This document shows, one piece after another, positions 29,468 to 39,457 of a DNA stretch of 64,000 nucleotides. The stretch spans positions 32,001 to 96,000 of the forward strand of contig JBMNIF010000001.1 in assembly GCA_050950765.1 (NCBI GenBank), in the 5' to 3' direction. The stretch comes from Bdellovibrionota bacterium. GTDB taxonomy: Bacteria > Bdellovibrionota_C > UBA2361 > JAAYZI01. Numbering within the stretch: position 1 is the stretch's first letter; every line of letters begins with the position of its first letter. The notes under the pieces were generated by a model. It had not been told where the DNA came from. It saw only the letters and a list, made by a program, of their open reading frames with translations, and ran no database searches. Made by a program: the position numbers and the translations under genes.

Positions 29468-30633
29468 TAGTTTTTTTAAAAAAATTAAAAAAACTTTTAT
29501 AAAAAAACTTAATTAAATAAGTATGTTGGAGGAAATATAATATTAGAAAATCTAAATATGAAATTAAATTATTGATATGGACTACATAAAAAACGGGAAT
29601 TTAGGTCACCATATTCCCCTGCATACAAATCTATAATGAGGTGTACCTACGGAATAGCGAAGCTAGTACTGACATACTTATGGACTATTTCGATCCAGTA
29701 ATGGCTCCATTAAGTTGGATAGTGGCATTATTAATCTGCGGCAGCACCCTTTATAAAATCTTTCAATTATCAAAAGGCGAAAACGTTGCTAAATTATTAG
29801 GTGGCGTTTTAATTCCGACAGATACGCAGGAACCGAAGTTTAAAATGATCTTGAATGTTGTAGAAGAGATCTCCGTTGTTTCAGGTATTAAGCCACTTCC
29901 TGTTTATTACCTTCCAGAAGAAAAGGGGATAAATACATTTTCTGCCGGATCCTCTACTGAAAATGGTGTCATTACAGTAACGCAAGGGTGTATCGATAAT
30001 CTATCTCGTGATGAGTTACAGGGGGTGATCGCACATGAATTTTGCCATATCTTTAATGGTGATATGCGCTTAAATGTTCTGTTGATAGGGCTTATTTATG
30101 GACTTTCCCTGCCAATGTCTATGGGAAAGGGGATATTTGAATTTCTAAAGAATTTTAATAAGCGTATTAACAAAAAAGAAAACATAGTGATTACTTTAAT
30201 TATAATCGGTATCACAGGTGGCATCTTAGGGAGTACGTTGGCGTTATTCTTTTGTGGTGCTATGAGCTACTTTTGCAGTATGCAAGCTAAAGCTTCTGTC
30301 ACTAGGCATAAGGAGTTTTTAGCAGATGCTACCGCTGTGCAGTATACCAGAAACCCTGAAGGGATAGGGGGTGCCTTAAGAAAAATTATGGTTCTACCTG
30401 AAGGATCTGAAATTAAATCGCCTCATGTAAAAGAGATAAACCACATGCTCTTTGCAAACTATTCTAACGACCCTCACAAAGGGGATAGGGATTTAGCTAC
30501 GCATCCACCATTAGAAGAACGGATTAAAAGAATATTTGAGGTAGAGTATTAAAACCTAAGATGATCTTAGTGTGAGAGAAGTGGTGTTGTTTGGGAGTAG
30601 ATTAGGTGTTTTTAATATTGCAGACACCTTTTT

Positions 30634-30705
30634 GTGGCTGCTATCAAAGTGCGGAATAAAGTAACTTCAACCATAAAGGAACTAATTCAGCGCTTACTCT
30701 TTGAT
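30634..30705 (+). pseudogene. lemA internal remnant
   Basis: GCTGCTATCAAAGTGCGGAATAAAGTAACTTCAACCATAAAGGAACTAATTC resembles lemA ~27232-27285. Confidence 0.6.
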
Positions 30706-30734
30706 AGATAATTTTCTTCGATGATACACGTGAG

Positions 30735-31787
30735 ATGGCAAGTTTTTTAAAATATCAAAAAAGAGTTAAGGAAGAAACTGTCGGCGCATTGTTGTTCTAC
30801 GTTGCTGTAATAATGTTTACGGCTTTTCCTCTGCCTGGTTTAACCGTGTATTTCTTTGTAAGTTTTTATAATGAGGTCTACTTACGGAATGATAAAGCTA
30901 GCACTTCCGCACTTATGGATTATGTTGATCCAATAATGGTTCCTCTAGCTTGCATAATGGTACTATTAATCTGCGGCAGCACCCTTTATAAAATTTTTCA
31001 ATTATCAAAAGGCGAGAGCATTGCTAAATTATTAGGTGGTGTTTTAATTCCGACAGATACGCAGGAACCGAAGTTTAAAAAGATTTTGAATATTGTAGAA
31101 GAGATCTCCGTTGTTTCAGGTATTAAGCCACTTCCTGTTTATTACCTTCCGAAAGAAGCTGGGATAAATACATTTTCTGCGGGATCCTCTATTGAAAATG
31201 GTGTCATTACAGTAACACAAGGGTGTATCGATAATCTATCTCGTGATGAGTTGCAGGGGGTGATCGCACATGAATTCAGTCATATCTTTAATGGTGATAT
31301 GCGTTTAAATGTTCTGTTGATAGGACTTGTTCACGGACTTGAGCTACCATTATATATGGGAGCGACATTACTTAAATCCGTGTGGAATCTAAATAAGCGC
31401 GTCAATAAAAAAGGAAGTATCGTAGTTGCTTTAATTATAATCGTTGTTACAGGCGGCATCTTAGCGACAGGGGGAGCGTTAATCTATATTGGTCTTGGGA
31501 GCTACTTTTGTAGTTTACAAGCTAAAGCCGTTGTCACTAGGCATAAGGAGTTTTTAGCAGATGCTACCGCTGTGCAGTATACCAGAAACCCTGAAGGGAT
31601 AGGGGGTGCCTTAAGAAAGATTATGCTTTCACCCGACGGATCTAGAATTGAATCGCCTCACGCAAAGGAGATAAACCACATGTTCTTTGCAAACTATTCT
31701 AACGACCCTTACATAAGACATCGAGATTTTGCTACGCATCCACCATTAAGAAAACGGCTTAAGAGGATATTTGAGGTAAGGTATTAA
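30735..31787 (+). CDS. M48 family (HtpX-like) metalloprotease
   Basis: AHEFSH, EFLADA, THPP; close paralogue of the interrupted copy. Confidence 0.92.
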   Translation: MASFLKYQKRVKEETVGALLFYVAVIMFTAFPLPGLTVYFFVSFYNEVYLRNDKASTSALMDYVDPIMVPLACIMVLLICGSTLYKIFQLSKGESIAKLLGGVLIPTDTQEPKFKKILNIVEEISVVSGIKPLPVYYLPKEAGINTFSAGSSIENGVITVTQGCIDNLSRDELQGVIAHEFSHIFNGDMRLNVLLIGLVHGLELPLYMGATLLKSVWNLNKRVNKKGSIVVALIIIVVTGGILATGGALIYIGLGSYFCSLQAKAVVTRHKEFLADATAVQYTRNPEGIGGALRKIMLSPDGSRIESPHAKEINHMFFANYSNDPYIRHRDFATHPPLRKRLKRIFEVRY

Positions 31788-31908
31788 AACTTAAGATGAC
31801 TCGTCACCATCCACCTATAAAGGTTCTATCTCAAGAAGAAACAGAAAACATTCAAGCTAAGAGAGAGCAAAAAAAAATTAAGTTGCAAAAGCCGAGTAAG
31901 CGGATGCG

Positions 31909-33141
31909 TTACTTCCAATAGTAGCGGTCTTCTTTTAAGCGAGATATCAACTTTTGCATTAATATATCCTCATCTTGTTCAGTTGGTGCTTGATACGTTA
32001 CGGAGAACCTTAAATAAGCACCTGCATCATCCCAAGGCACGGTACAGATAGATTTCTCTTTAATCCAATATTGAGAGAACTCTTCAGCAGAATTAAATAC
32101 GCTACCACCTTCTATCCCTGACGGAGCTTTGCAATATAAGAAGTACGTTCCACCAGGCATCGTTGCTTTAAAGCCTATGGAGGTAAGTGTTGCAACCAAT
32201 TTTTTTAAACGTCTCTCATATTTTGTGCGAACCATAACGGGGATGCTTTCATCTTTTAGAGCTTGCACTGCTGCTTTCTGAATGGCAATGAATTGTCCGC
32301 TATCGCAGTTGTCTTTAACATCAGCAAAGGCGTTGACGATCTTAGCGTTACCAGCTACGAAACCTAGTCGCCAACCGATCATGTTAAACCCTTTACTCAT
32401 GGAGTGTACTTCAACACCAACATCTTTTGCTTCAGGTATCTGTAAAAAGCTGAGAGGTTTTTTCTGATACGTTAAAACGATGTGAGCTGCATCATGCACC
32501 ACAACGATACGGTGTTGTTTAGCAAAAGCGATCACCTCTTCAAAAAACTTTTCAGTAGCTAAGACACCTGTTGGGCTGTTCGGATAATTTATCACTAGAA
32601 GTTTGGCGCGCTCGAGGATGGTGTCTGGAATCGCTTTTAAATCAGGGAAGAAGTTGTTTTTTTCTTCTAACTTTAAATTATAAACTTCACCGCCGTAGTA
32701 TTTTGTGTGAGTTCCTGCAACAGGATAACCAGGAACTGTCATTATTGTTACATCACCTTGATTGATAAAAGCTGCTGGAAGCATGGCGAGAGCGGTTTTA
32801 GAACCCATGCAGTGATTAATCTCACTTTTCGGATCAAGAGTTACGCCATACTCTCTCTGCATAAACTCGGCGCAGGCATCCTTATATTCTTGGATGCCGT
32901 TATCAGCATAACCGCGATTCTCGAGTTTGGAAGCTTCTTCAGCTAAAGCTTCTCGAACGGGAAGTGGTGCCATATCATCATTTTCTCCGATACCGAAATC
33001 TAAAAGTTCACGATCGGGAAAGTTTGCTTTCGCAGTTCTCTTAGCGCGTTTTATCTTTTCAAACTTATAAATATCGTTTGTTTTACCATAATTACGACCA
33101 CCGATACGGTTTGCGAAGAGTTCTTGAAAATATGGATCCAT
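31909..33141 (-). CDS. dapL: LL-diaminopimelate aminotransferase
   Basis: IYKFEKIKRAK, NYPNSPTG, HSMSKGFNMIGWRLG, KDNCDSGQF; start chosen at MDPYF. Confidence 0.85.
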   Translation of the reverse strand: MDPYFQELFANRIGGRNYGKTNDIYKFEKIKRAKRTAKANFPDRELLDFGIGENDDMAPLPVREALAEEASKLENRGYADNGIQEYKDACAEFMQREYGVTLDPKSEINHCMGSKTALAMLPAAFINQGDVTIMTVPGYPVAGTHTKYYGGEVYNLKLEEKNNFFPDLKAIPDTILERAKLLVINYPNSPTGVLATEKFFEEVIAFAKQHRIVVVHDAAHIVLTYQKKPLSFLQIPEAKDVGVEVHSMSKGFNMIGWRLGFVAGNAKIVNAFADVKDNCDSGQFIAIQKAAVQALKDESIPVMVRTKYERRLKKLVATLTSIGFKATMPGGTYFLYCKAPSGIEGGSVFNSAEEFSQYWIKEKSICTVPWDDAGAYLRFSVTYQAPTEQDEDILMQKLISRLKEDRYYWK

Positions 33142-33285
33142 CTTTTGCCAATAAATAAAAAATATCAAAATAGAGAGAGCGCCCCGAGCAAGTCGTATTG
33201 ATCGCTTCAATATAATAGGGGCTCCTAAAGTGTCTTAATCATACGAACCCTCCGTAGCCTTTGCAATTGAGAATTTATTAACACC

Positions 33286-33568
33286 CTTTGGGGACAATCG
33301 AACGGGCTGCAACTAAAAAACGAATCAGCTAGATTTTGACGGAGGTAAAAGTACTTTTTAAGGACAATAGAAGGGGCTGTTATTAAAAACGAGTCAGCTA
33401 GATATTTACGGAGGTAAAAAGCGCTCTTTATGGACAATAGAAGGGGCTGCTATTAAAAAACGAATCAGCTAGATCTTTACGGAGGTAAAAAATTAACATT
33501 TTTTAAGGACGCTCGAACGGGCTGCTACTGCAAAACGAATCGGTTAGGTTTTGACGGAGGTAAAAAAA
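33286..33568 (+). repeat. Tandem array (4 units, ~70-77 bp) of the GGAC..CGGGCTG..CGAAT..GCTAG..ACGGAGGT family
   Basis: Four ACGGAGGTAAAA cores; same family as the 42.7-45.8 kb arrays. Confidence 0.9.
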
Positions 33569-33911
33569 GTTAGGTATCTTCTTATGGGGGGGACTTGTTA
33601 AGGAGGTTAATATTTGGAGCTCTGAACCTTTAAAAGTGTAGTACCTTAATAATTTTAATAGGTTAAATTATAGAATCGGTTAAAGGGGGGTCTTCTTTTT
33701 AAGAAAACTATTCATGGAAAATTGATAATTAAATGATTTAAATTTAAAAAAACCTTGCTATAGTGTGGCAAACTAGAAAACTTTTGATGGAAAAGTGCGA
33801 GAACTTGTGCATAGTTGTGCCGTGGTTGGTGCAAAAGTGTGCGTGTGCTTTAGAAATAAAGGTGACCATGCGCTGTATTTTAATGCTTTTTATATATGAG
33901 GATATAATCAG

Positions 33912-34376
33912 ATGGGAGTAAATAAAGTTATTCTGATCGGTAATTTGGGAAGAGATCCTGAAGTTCGTTATACTACTGAAGGAACGGCGGTGGCTACAAT
34001 CGCCCTTGCAACGGGAGAGAGGAGAAAAGATTCATCAGGACAGTGGGTTGATCATACGGAGTGGCATCGTTTGGTTTGCTTCGGCAAGTTAGCGGATTTT
34101 GCAAAAAATTACCTTAAAAAAGGTACTCAGGTTTATGTCGAAGGACGTTTAAGAACAAATAAGTGGCAAGATAAAGAGGGGAAAGATCGTTATACTACGG
34201 AGATCGTAGTGGCAACGATTCAATTTGTCGGCTCTAAGAGAGATAGCCAAGAGGGTGCTCCAGAAATGGATAGTTTTGCAATGCCTGCGGGGTTACAGTC
34301 AGCCGATTCTTTGGAGGCATCTTCTGAAATGGATCCTATCTCATCATCTTTTGATGATGATGATGTGCCGTTTTAA
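33912..34376 (+). CDS. ssb: Single-stranded DNA-binding protein
   Basis: [19 protein letters not shown]-terminal DDDVPF. Confidence 0.98.
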   Translation: MGVNKVILIGNLGRDPEVRYTTEGTAVATIALATGERRKDSSGQWVDHTEWHRLVCFGKLADFAKNYLKKGTQVYVEGRLRTNKWQDKEGKDRYTTEIVVATIQFVGSKRDSQEGAPEMDSFAMPAGLQSADSLEASSEMDPISSSFDDDDVPF

Positions 34377-34400
34377 GATTAGGTACAGTGCTGTAAAGAG

Positions 34401-34427
34401 TAGCGCGGCTTTTTAGCCGCGCTATTT
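34401..34427 (+). terminator. Hairpin after ssb
   Basis: TAGCGCGGCT-TTTT-AGCCGCGCTA-TTT. Confidence 0.65.
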
Positions 34428-34461
34428 GTATACGAACTGTGTATTCTTGTATCTTCGTTCT

Positions 34462-36045
34462 ATGTATCATTTTGATTTTTTAGTTATCGGTGGCGGAATT
34501 GCGGGTCTTACTTTTGCTTTGAAAGTAGCGAAAAAAGGTAGTGTCGCCGTGCTTTTTAAGCGTGATGTTGAGGAATCTTCAACTGCGGGAGCACAAGGAG
34601 GAGTAGCTGCCGTTACAAGCGCTGATGATGATTACAATCTGCATATTGAAGATACATTAGTAGCTGGCGCAGGGTTATGTAAACGTGATGTGGTTGAAGT
34701 TGTTGTCAGGGAAGGTCCTGAGAGAGTTAAAGAATTAATTCAGTTGGGCGCCACTTTTGATAAAGTGGATGACAATACATATCATTTACACCGCGAAGGC
34801 GGACACTCAAGGCGGCGCATCTATCACATGGCTGACTCAACGGGGTTTGAGATTCAACGAGCGTTACTAAAACATGCTGAGAATAATCCGAACATCACTT
34901 TTTTCCATCATGCCAGTGCTATCGATCTAATCTCTGCAAGAAAATTAGGCTTGAAAGGTTTTAGTTCCGATAGGGTGCTTGGTGCGTACGTTTATATGAA
35001 AGATGAGAGTGTGCAGATCTTTGCTGCGGATAAGATTCTTGTAGCAACTGGTGGTGCTGGAAAGGTTTATCTCTATACATCAAATCCGGATGTTGCTTCT
35101 GGTGATGGAATCGCCATGTGTTATCGCGCTGGTGTGCCTGTTGCCAATATGGAGTTTTTTCAATTTCATCCGACCTGCTTGTATCATCCGCAAGCTAAAA
35201 GCTTTTTAATTACAGAGGCGATGCGTGGCGAAGGTGCTGTATTAAAGCGTATTAATGGCGAAAGATTTATGCCGAAGTATCATGAATTGGCAGAGCTTGC
35301 GCCGCGTGATGTTGTAGCACGTGCTATCGACCATGAAATGAAGGTGCATGGTGAGGATCATGTTTTGTTGGATATCTCACATCGAGATAGTGATTTTATA
35401 AAAGAACATTTTCCAACAATTTATGAACGGTGCAAAACATTTGGATTCGACTTAACTACGGAACCTATCCCCGTTGTTCCGGCGGCGCACTATTTATGCG
35501 GCGGAGTTGTGACGGATCTAAATGCGGCAACGTGTCTGGAAAATTTATATGTTGCAGGTGAAACAGCTTGCACAGGCTTGCACGGTGCTAATCGTTTAGC
35601 GAGTAATTCATTATTAGAAGGGCTTGTTTTTGCGTATCGTGCCGCTGAAGATGCTATTTCTAAGTTTTCAGGGGAGCATCACACTTATCAGATTCCGGAA
35701 TGGGATGCGGGTAACGCTGTAAATAGTGATGAGGCGGTAGTCGTGACTCAAAATTGGGATGAGATTCGACGCTTGATGTGGAATTATGTCGGGATCGTTA
35801 GAAGTGACAAACGGCTGGAGCGTGCATTGAGGCGTAATGATCTGATCGGAAAAGAGATTAACGAATATTATTGGAATTTTAAGATTAGCCCTGATCTACT
35901 TGAATTGAGGAATTTGTCGCTAGTGGCAGACTTGGTGATCCGTTCTGCTATGGCGAGAAAAGAGAGTCGTGGTTTACATTACAATATCGATTATCCGGAA
36001 AAATCCGCAGTGATTAAAGATACAGTCTTGTATCCGATGATTTAA
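34462..36045 (+). CDS. nadB: L-aspartate oxidase
   Basis: GGGIAG, AQGG, REGGHS, QFHPT, ELAPRDVVAR, GLHGANRLASNSLLE. Confidence 0.95.
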   Translation: MYHFDFLVIGGGIAGLTFALKVAKKGSVAVLFKRDVEESSTAGAQGGVAAVTSADDDYNLHIEDTLVAGAGLCKRDVVEVVVREGPERVKELIQLGATFDKVDDNTYHLHREGGHSRRRIYHMADSTGFEIQRALLKHAENNPNITFFHHASAIDLISARKLGLKGFSSDRVLGAYVYMKDESVQIFAADKILVATGGAGKVYLYTSNPDVASGDGIAMCYRAGVPVANMEFFQFHPTCLYHPQAKSFLITEAMRGEGAVLKRINGERFMPKYHELAELAPRDVVARAIDHEMKVHGEDHVLLDISHRDSDFIKEHFPTIYERCKTFGFDLTTEPIPVVPAAHYLCGGVVTDLNAATCLENLYVAGETACTGLHGANRLASNSLLEGLVFAYRAAEDAISKFSGEHHTYQIPEWDAGNAVNSDEAVVVTQNWDEIRRLMWNYVGIVRSDKRLERALRRNDLIGKEINEYYWNFKISPDLLELRNLSLVADLVIRSAMARKESRGLHYNIDYPEKSAVIKDTVLYPMI

Positions 36046-36319
36046 CTTTTGACAGGAAGCAGGATTGTCGGGATAAAAGCTAACAGATTCAAATCATTAC
36101 AGGAATAGTCTGATAGGAATAAGGTCTGATTTTTTTATGGCGCTTGTTGAGAATTGTCTAAAAGCTTGCTATAACTATGCGCCGTTAGAAGAGGTAACTG
36201 ATCTTACCGATAACTACTCATGATTCTTTAAAGAGTGCATGAGTTATTACTTTGATAGTAATATTCTAAGTAAATGATATTTGCTATTTTAATTATTTTA
36301 ATGAGTTAGGGGAAGAGAA

Positions 36320-36520
36320 ATGGGAGTTCCCAAAAAACGTACTACAAAATCAAGACGTAATCAGCGCAGATCTCACGATTCTTTAACAGCTGCACATCCT
36401 ATCATTTGTCCGAATTGTGGAGAAAGGGTTCTGCCGCATCATGTTTGTATGGCTTGCGGACAATATCGTGGAAAAACAATAATCGATATGTCTGAAGAGG
36501 ATACGACTCAAGAAAAGTAG
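36320..36520 (+). CDS. rpmF: 50S ribosomal protein L32
   Basis: MGVPKKRTTKSRR, CPNCG..PHHVC..CG.Y. Confidence 0.96.
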   Translation: MGVPKKRTTKSRRNQRRSHDSLTAAHPIICPNCGERVLPHHVCMACGQYRGKTIIDMSEEDTTQEK

Positions 36521-36565
36521 AGACTACTTTTAGATAGTACGTTTTGAGATACATTCTTTAATTAT

Positions 36566-36593
36566 AAAAAGCGGGCACAACGACCCGCTTTTT
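36566..36593. terminator. Bidirectional terminator
   Basis: AAAAAGCGGG...CCCGCTTTTT between convergent genes. Confidence 0.8.
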
Positions 36594-36632
36594 GTGTTGC
36601 TTTTTTATAATCCAATTAACTAATGTTAGAGG

Positions 36633-37877
36633 TTAAAATGCCCAATCGCCGTTACGGAAGATGGCGACCTCTGTGCCGTCACTTTTAATGCCGGTGATAT
36701 TCAGGTCTTTTGTCCCTAACATAAAATCAACGTGTGTAACACTATCGTTAATGCCAGCGGCTAAAAGCTCTTCCTTTGTCATCTCCAGTCCGCCACTATA
36801 ACAGTCAGGGAAGCCTCTACCGATCGCCATATGACAACTAGCATTTTCATCAAAGAGGGTGTTTAAGAAGAGCACCCCTGTTTCTCTAATCGGATTGTTA
36901 TAAGGGACTAGCGCCACCTCTCCAAGATGCTTTGCGCCCTCATCAATTTCAATAATCTCTTTTAAGGTGTCATAACCTTTCTCTGCTCGGTAGTCAGTAA
37001 TTCTACCGTCTTTAAAGGTGATGGAAAAATTTTCTATTAACGTTCCGCAGTGATTAAGGGGCATGGACGAAAAAACAACACCATCAGCACGATTCCTATC
37101 AGGAGAGGTGTAAATTTCTTCTGTTGGGATATTTTTGAAAAAATAAGTACCGTCAACTGTTTCTGCACCTACGTCACGCCAATTTGAAGCAGCGGTTAAC
37201 CCTACGGTGATATCTGTGCCTAAGGAATTTTTATAGTGCAAACGATCAAACTTCTGTTTGTTAAGCCAAGCTTTACGCACTGTAAAACTATTTTTATGTG
37301 CTTTCCAAGCTGCAATAGGATCGGGCGTATTAACGCGTGTTGTAGTAAAGATAGCTTGCCAAAGTTTCTCTATGGCTTTCGCTTCTGTTAGATTTGGGAA
37401 GACCTGTTTTGCCCAAGCTGGACTGGCAGCACCGGCGATACACCAAACATTTTTCCCAAAATCAATCCCATTCCGCCAATCTTTACAAGCTGTATGTGCA
37501 GCTTTTCTAAAGGTAGCGATCTTTTTTTGATCAACTCCCGCGAAAGCTTTCGGATCTTCAGCAGTAATGAAGAGTAGGGCAGCACCACGTTTTGCTACGC
37601 CGTTCTGTAAGAGAGCTTGCCAATCAGGAAAAATTTCAAACGCTGCTAGCGGCTTACTATCGTAACTTATTTTTGAGACTACTTCATCTGTATATCTTAC
37701 GATGACATCTTTCGCACCTTGCTCATAAGCTTCTTTTACAAGCTTACGTACAAGATCTGAATTTGCGATATCTGATGCGATGAAAAGTTCTTGATCTGCT
37801 TTTAAGTTACATCCGGCACGGATCAGAAGTCGTGCATATTTTTCAAGACTTTCCTCTAAATTAAATTGAGACGACAT
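36633..37877 (-). CDS. Aminopeptidase, M29 family (AmpS/PepS-like)
   Basis: NIPTEEIYTSP, LGEVALV, TLFDENASCHMAIG, HVDFMLG. Confidence 0.93.
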   Translation of the reverse strand: MSSQFNLEESLEKYARLLIRAGCNLKADQELFIASDIANSDLVRKLVKEAYEQGAKDVIVRYTDEVVSKISYDSKPLAAFEIFPDWQALLQNGVAKRGAALLFITAEDPKAFAGVDQKKIATFRKAAHTACKDWRNGIDFGKNVWCIAGAASPAWAKQVFPNLTEAKAIEKLWQAIFTTTRVNTPDPIAAWKAHKNSFTVRKAWLNKQKFDRLHYKNSLGTDITVGLTAASNWRDVGAETVDGTYFFKNIPTEEIYTSPDRNRADGVVFSSMPLNHCGTLIENFSITFKDGRITDYRAEKGYDTLKEIIEIDEGAKHLGEVALVPYNNPIRETGVLFLNTLFDENASCHMAIGRGFPDCYSGGLEMTKEELLAAGINDSVTHVDFMLGTKDLNITGIKSDGTEVAIFRNGDWAF

Positions 37878-37926
37878 GAGATTTTTTCCCCTTTTTAATA
37901 CCGTTATTAGTTTAATAGTTATTAGA

Positions 37927-39381
37927 TTAATCTACTTTGCAGACGTGCATCTCACTTGTGCCTGATTTGGCGCTTAATCCGCCTGTAATAACTGCGATGG
38001 AGCCTGCTTTCAATTGCCCCTTCTCTTTTAGAAGAGCAAAAAGGCGTTGATAGGAATCAGGATCGCTGAGGCTGACCTGTTCACCTAAGATGGGGTCTAC
38101 ACCTCTATACAACGCCATGCGTTGCAACGTACGTTTATCATCGGAAACAGCAGTAATTACCTGTTCCGGACGATATTTGGCTAAAAGTCTGGCAGTGGCA
38201 CCGCTACAAGTCGGTGCGATTAGCGAATCAGCATTAATGCGTTCTGCTGCACCAACAGCAGCGAACGCTAAGGCATCAGGAACCGTAGTGGAGCCAGCGT
38301 TACTGACGAAGCTTCTATGCGCTTTACTGTCGTAGTGTTGTTCAATCTCATAAGCTATTGAGCGCATATATTCAACGCAAGCGATGGGGTGTCGACCGAT
38401 GGCGGTTTCTCCGGAGAGCATAACGGCATCCGCACCAAGTCCAACGGCAAAAGTAATATCTGTCACCTCTGCTCTGGTTGGACGACTTTCCGTTATCATT
38501 GATTGCAACATCTCTGTTGCAACAATAACAGGGATGCCCCGTTTATTGCCTTTGCGGATCAACATACGTTGTATTCCAGGAACTTTTTCAACTGGTATCT
38601 CTACACCTAAGTCACCCCGTGCAACTAAAATACCATCACTGACATCAAGGATCTCATCAATACATTCAAGCGCTACGCGACGTTCTATCTTTGGAATAAA
38701 ACGGAGCTCTTTACCGGCGTTTTGTGCTATTTCGCGTAGACGAGTAATATCCGCTGCGTTTTGTACAAAAGATACAGCAACGTAATCGATGTCGTGTTGA
38801 AGCCCCCACTCTAAATCTTTCAGATCCTTTTCAGTTGTTGCAGGTAAGTTCATATCGCTATCAGGAAAGGCGATCCCTGCGTGTGAACGGACTTCACCAC
38901 CTTCTGTAACTTTACAGATGACAGAATCTGATTTTATATCTTCAACGATTAACTCGATAGTGCCATCGTGTAGCAAAACTCGCTCTCCCCGTTTTAGCAC
39001 AGTAGTCGGATCAATTATCTTTAAATAAAGTTTGGTGTTAAGAGAAGGGAGATCGCCGTACGCTATTTCGATAATTGAATTGGTTGGAAGTTGAATATTA
39101 GTATTATTTTCCATAGCAGTAAGGCGCATCTTCGGACCGCAAAGATCTTGCATCACTGCAACAGGTTGTGACAACTCTTCAGAAGCTTGTCGTATTGCTT
39201 GAAGTGCAGAGGCGTGTTCGTCATAATTTCCATGAGAAAAGTTAAGACGAAAAACATCGACTCCAGCGATTATTAGGTTTCTGACAATTTCTAATTCTCT
39301 GGAAGCTGGACCAATTGTGGCGACAATTTTTGTTTTTACAAAAGGTTGCTTCTCTGGGCTTGTTAATTTAGAAAACAACAT
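37927..39381 (-). CDS. pyk: Pyruvate kinase
   Basis: KTKIVATIGPAS, RLNFSHG, VARGDLGVE, MLSGETA. Confidence 0.96.
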   Translation of the reverse strand: MLFSKLTSPEKQPFVKTKIVATIGPASRELEIVRNLIIAGVDVFRLNFSHGNYDEHASALQAIRQASEELSQPVAVMQDLCGPKMRLTAMENNTNIQLPTNSIIEIAYGDLPSLNTKLYLKIIDPTTVLKRGERVLLHDGTIELIVEDIKSDSVICKVTEGGEVRSHAGIAFPDSDMNLPATTEKDLKDLEWGLQHDIDYVAVSFVQNAADITRLREIAQNAGKELRFIPKIERRVALECIDEILDVSDGILVARGDLGVEIPVEKVPGIQRMLIRKGNKRGIPVIVATEMLQSMITESRPTRAEVTDITFAVGLGADAVMLSGETAIGRHPIACVEYMRSIAYEIEQHYDSKAHRSFVSNAGSTTVPDALAFAAVGAAERINADSLIAPTCSGATARLLAKYRPEQVITAVSDDKRTLQRMALYRGVDPILGEQVSLSDPDSYQRLFALLKEKGQLKAGSIAVITGGLSAKSGTSEMHVCKVD

Positions 39382-39457
39382 AATATTAGATCCGTATAAA
39401 ATATAAGATTAAATAAATTATGATTAAAACAGAGGAATTTTTATCTTGTTATTAACA

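Larger units (their letters stand above)
27761..29605 (-). mobile_element. IS1634-family insertion sequence
   Basis: 18-bp perfect terminal inverted repeat CCTAAATTCCCGTTTTTT; target duplication TCACCAT at 27754-27760 and 29606-29612. Confidence 0.93.
27648..30552 (+). pseudogene. M48 (HtpX-like) protease interrupted by IS1634
   Basis: 27648-27760 aligns to the N-terminus of paralogue 30735. Removing the IS and one target copy rejoins the frame to 29641-30552 (AHEFCH). Confidence 0.9.
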
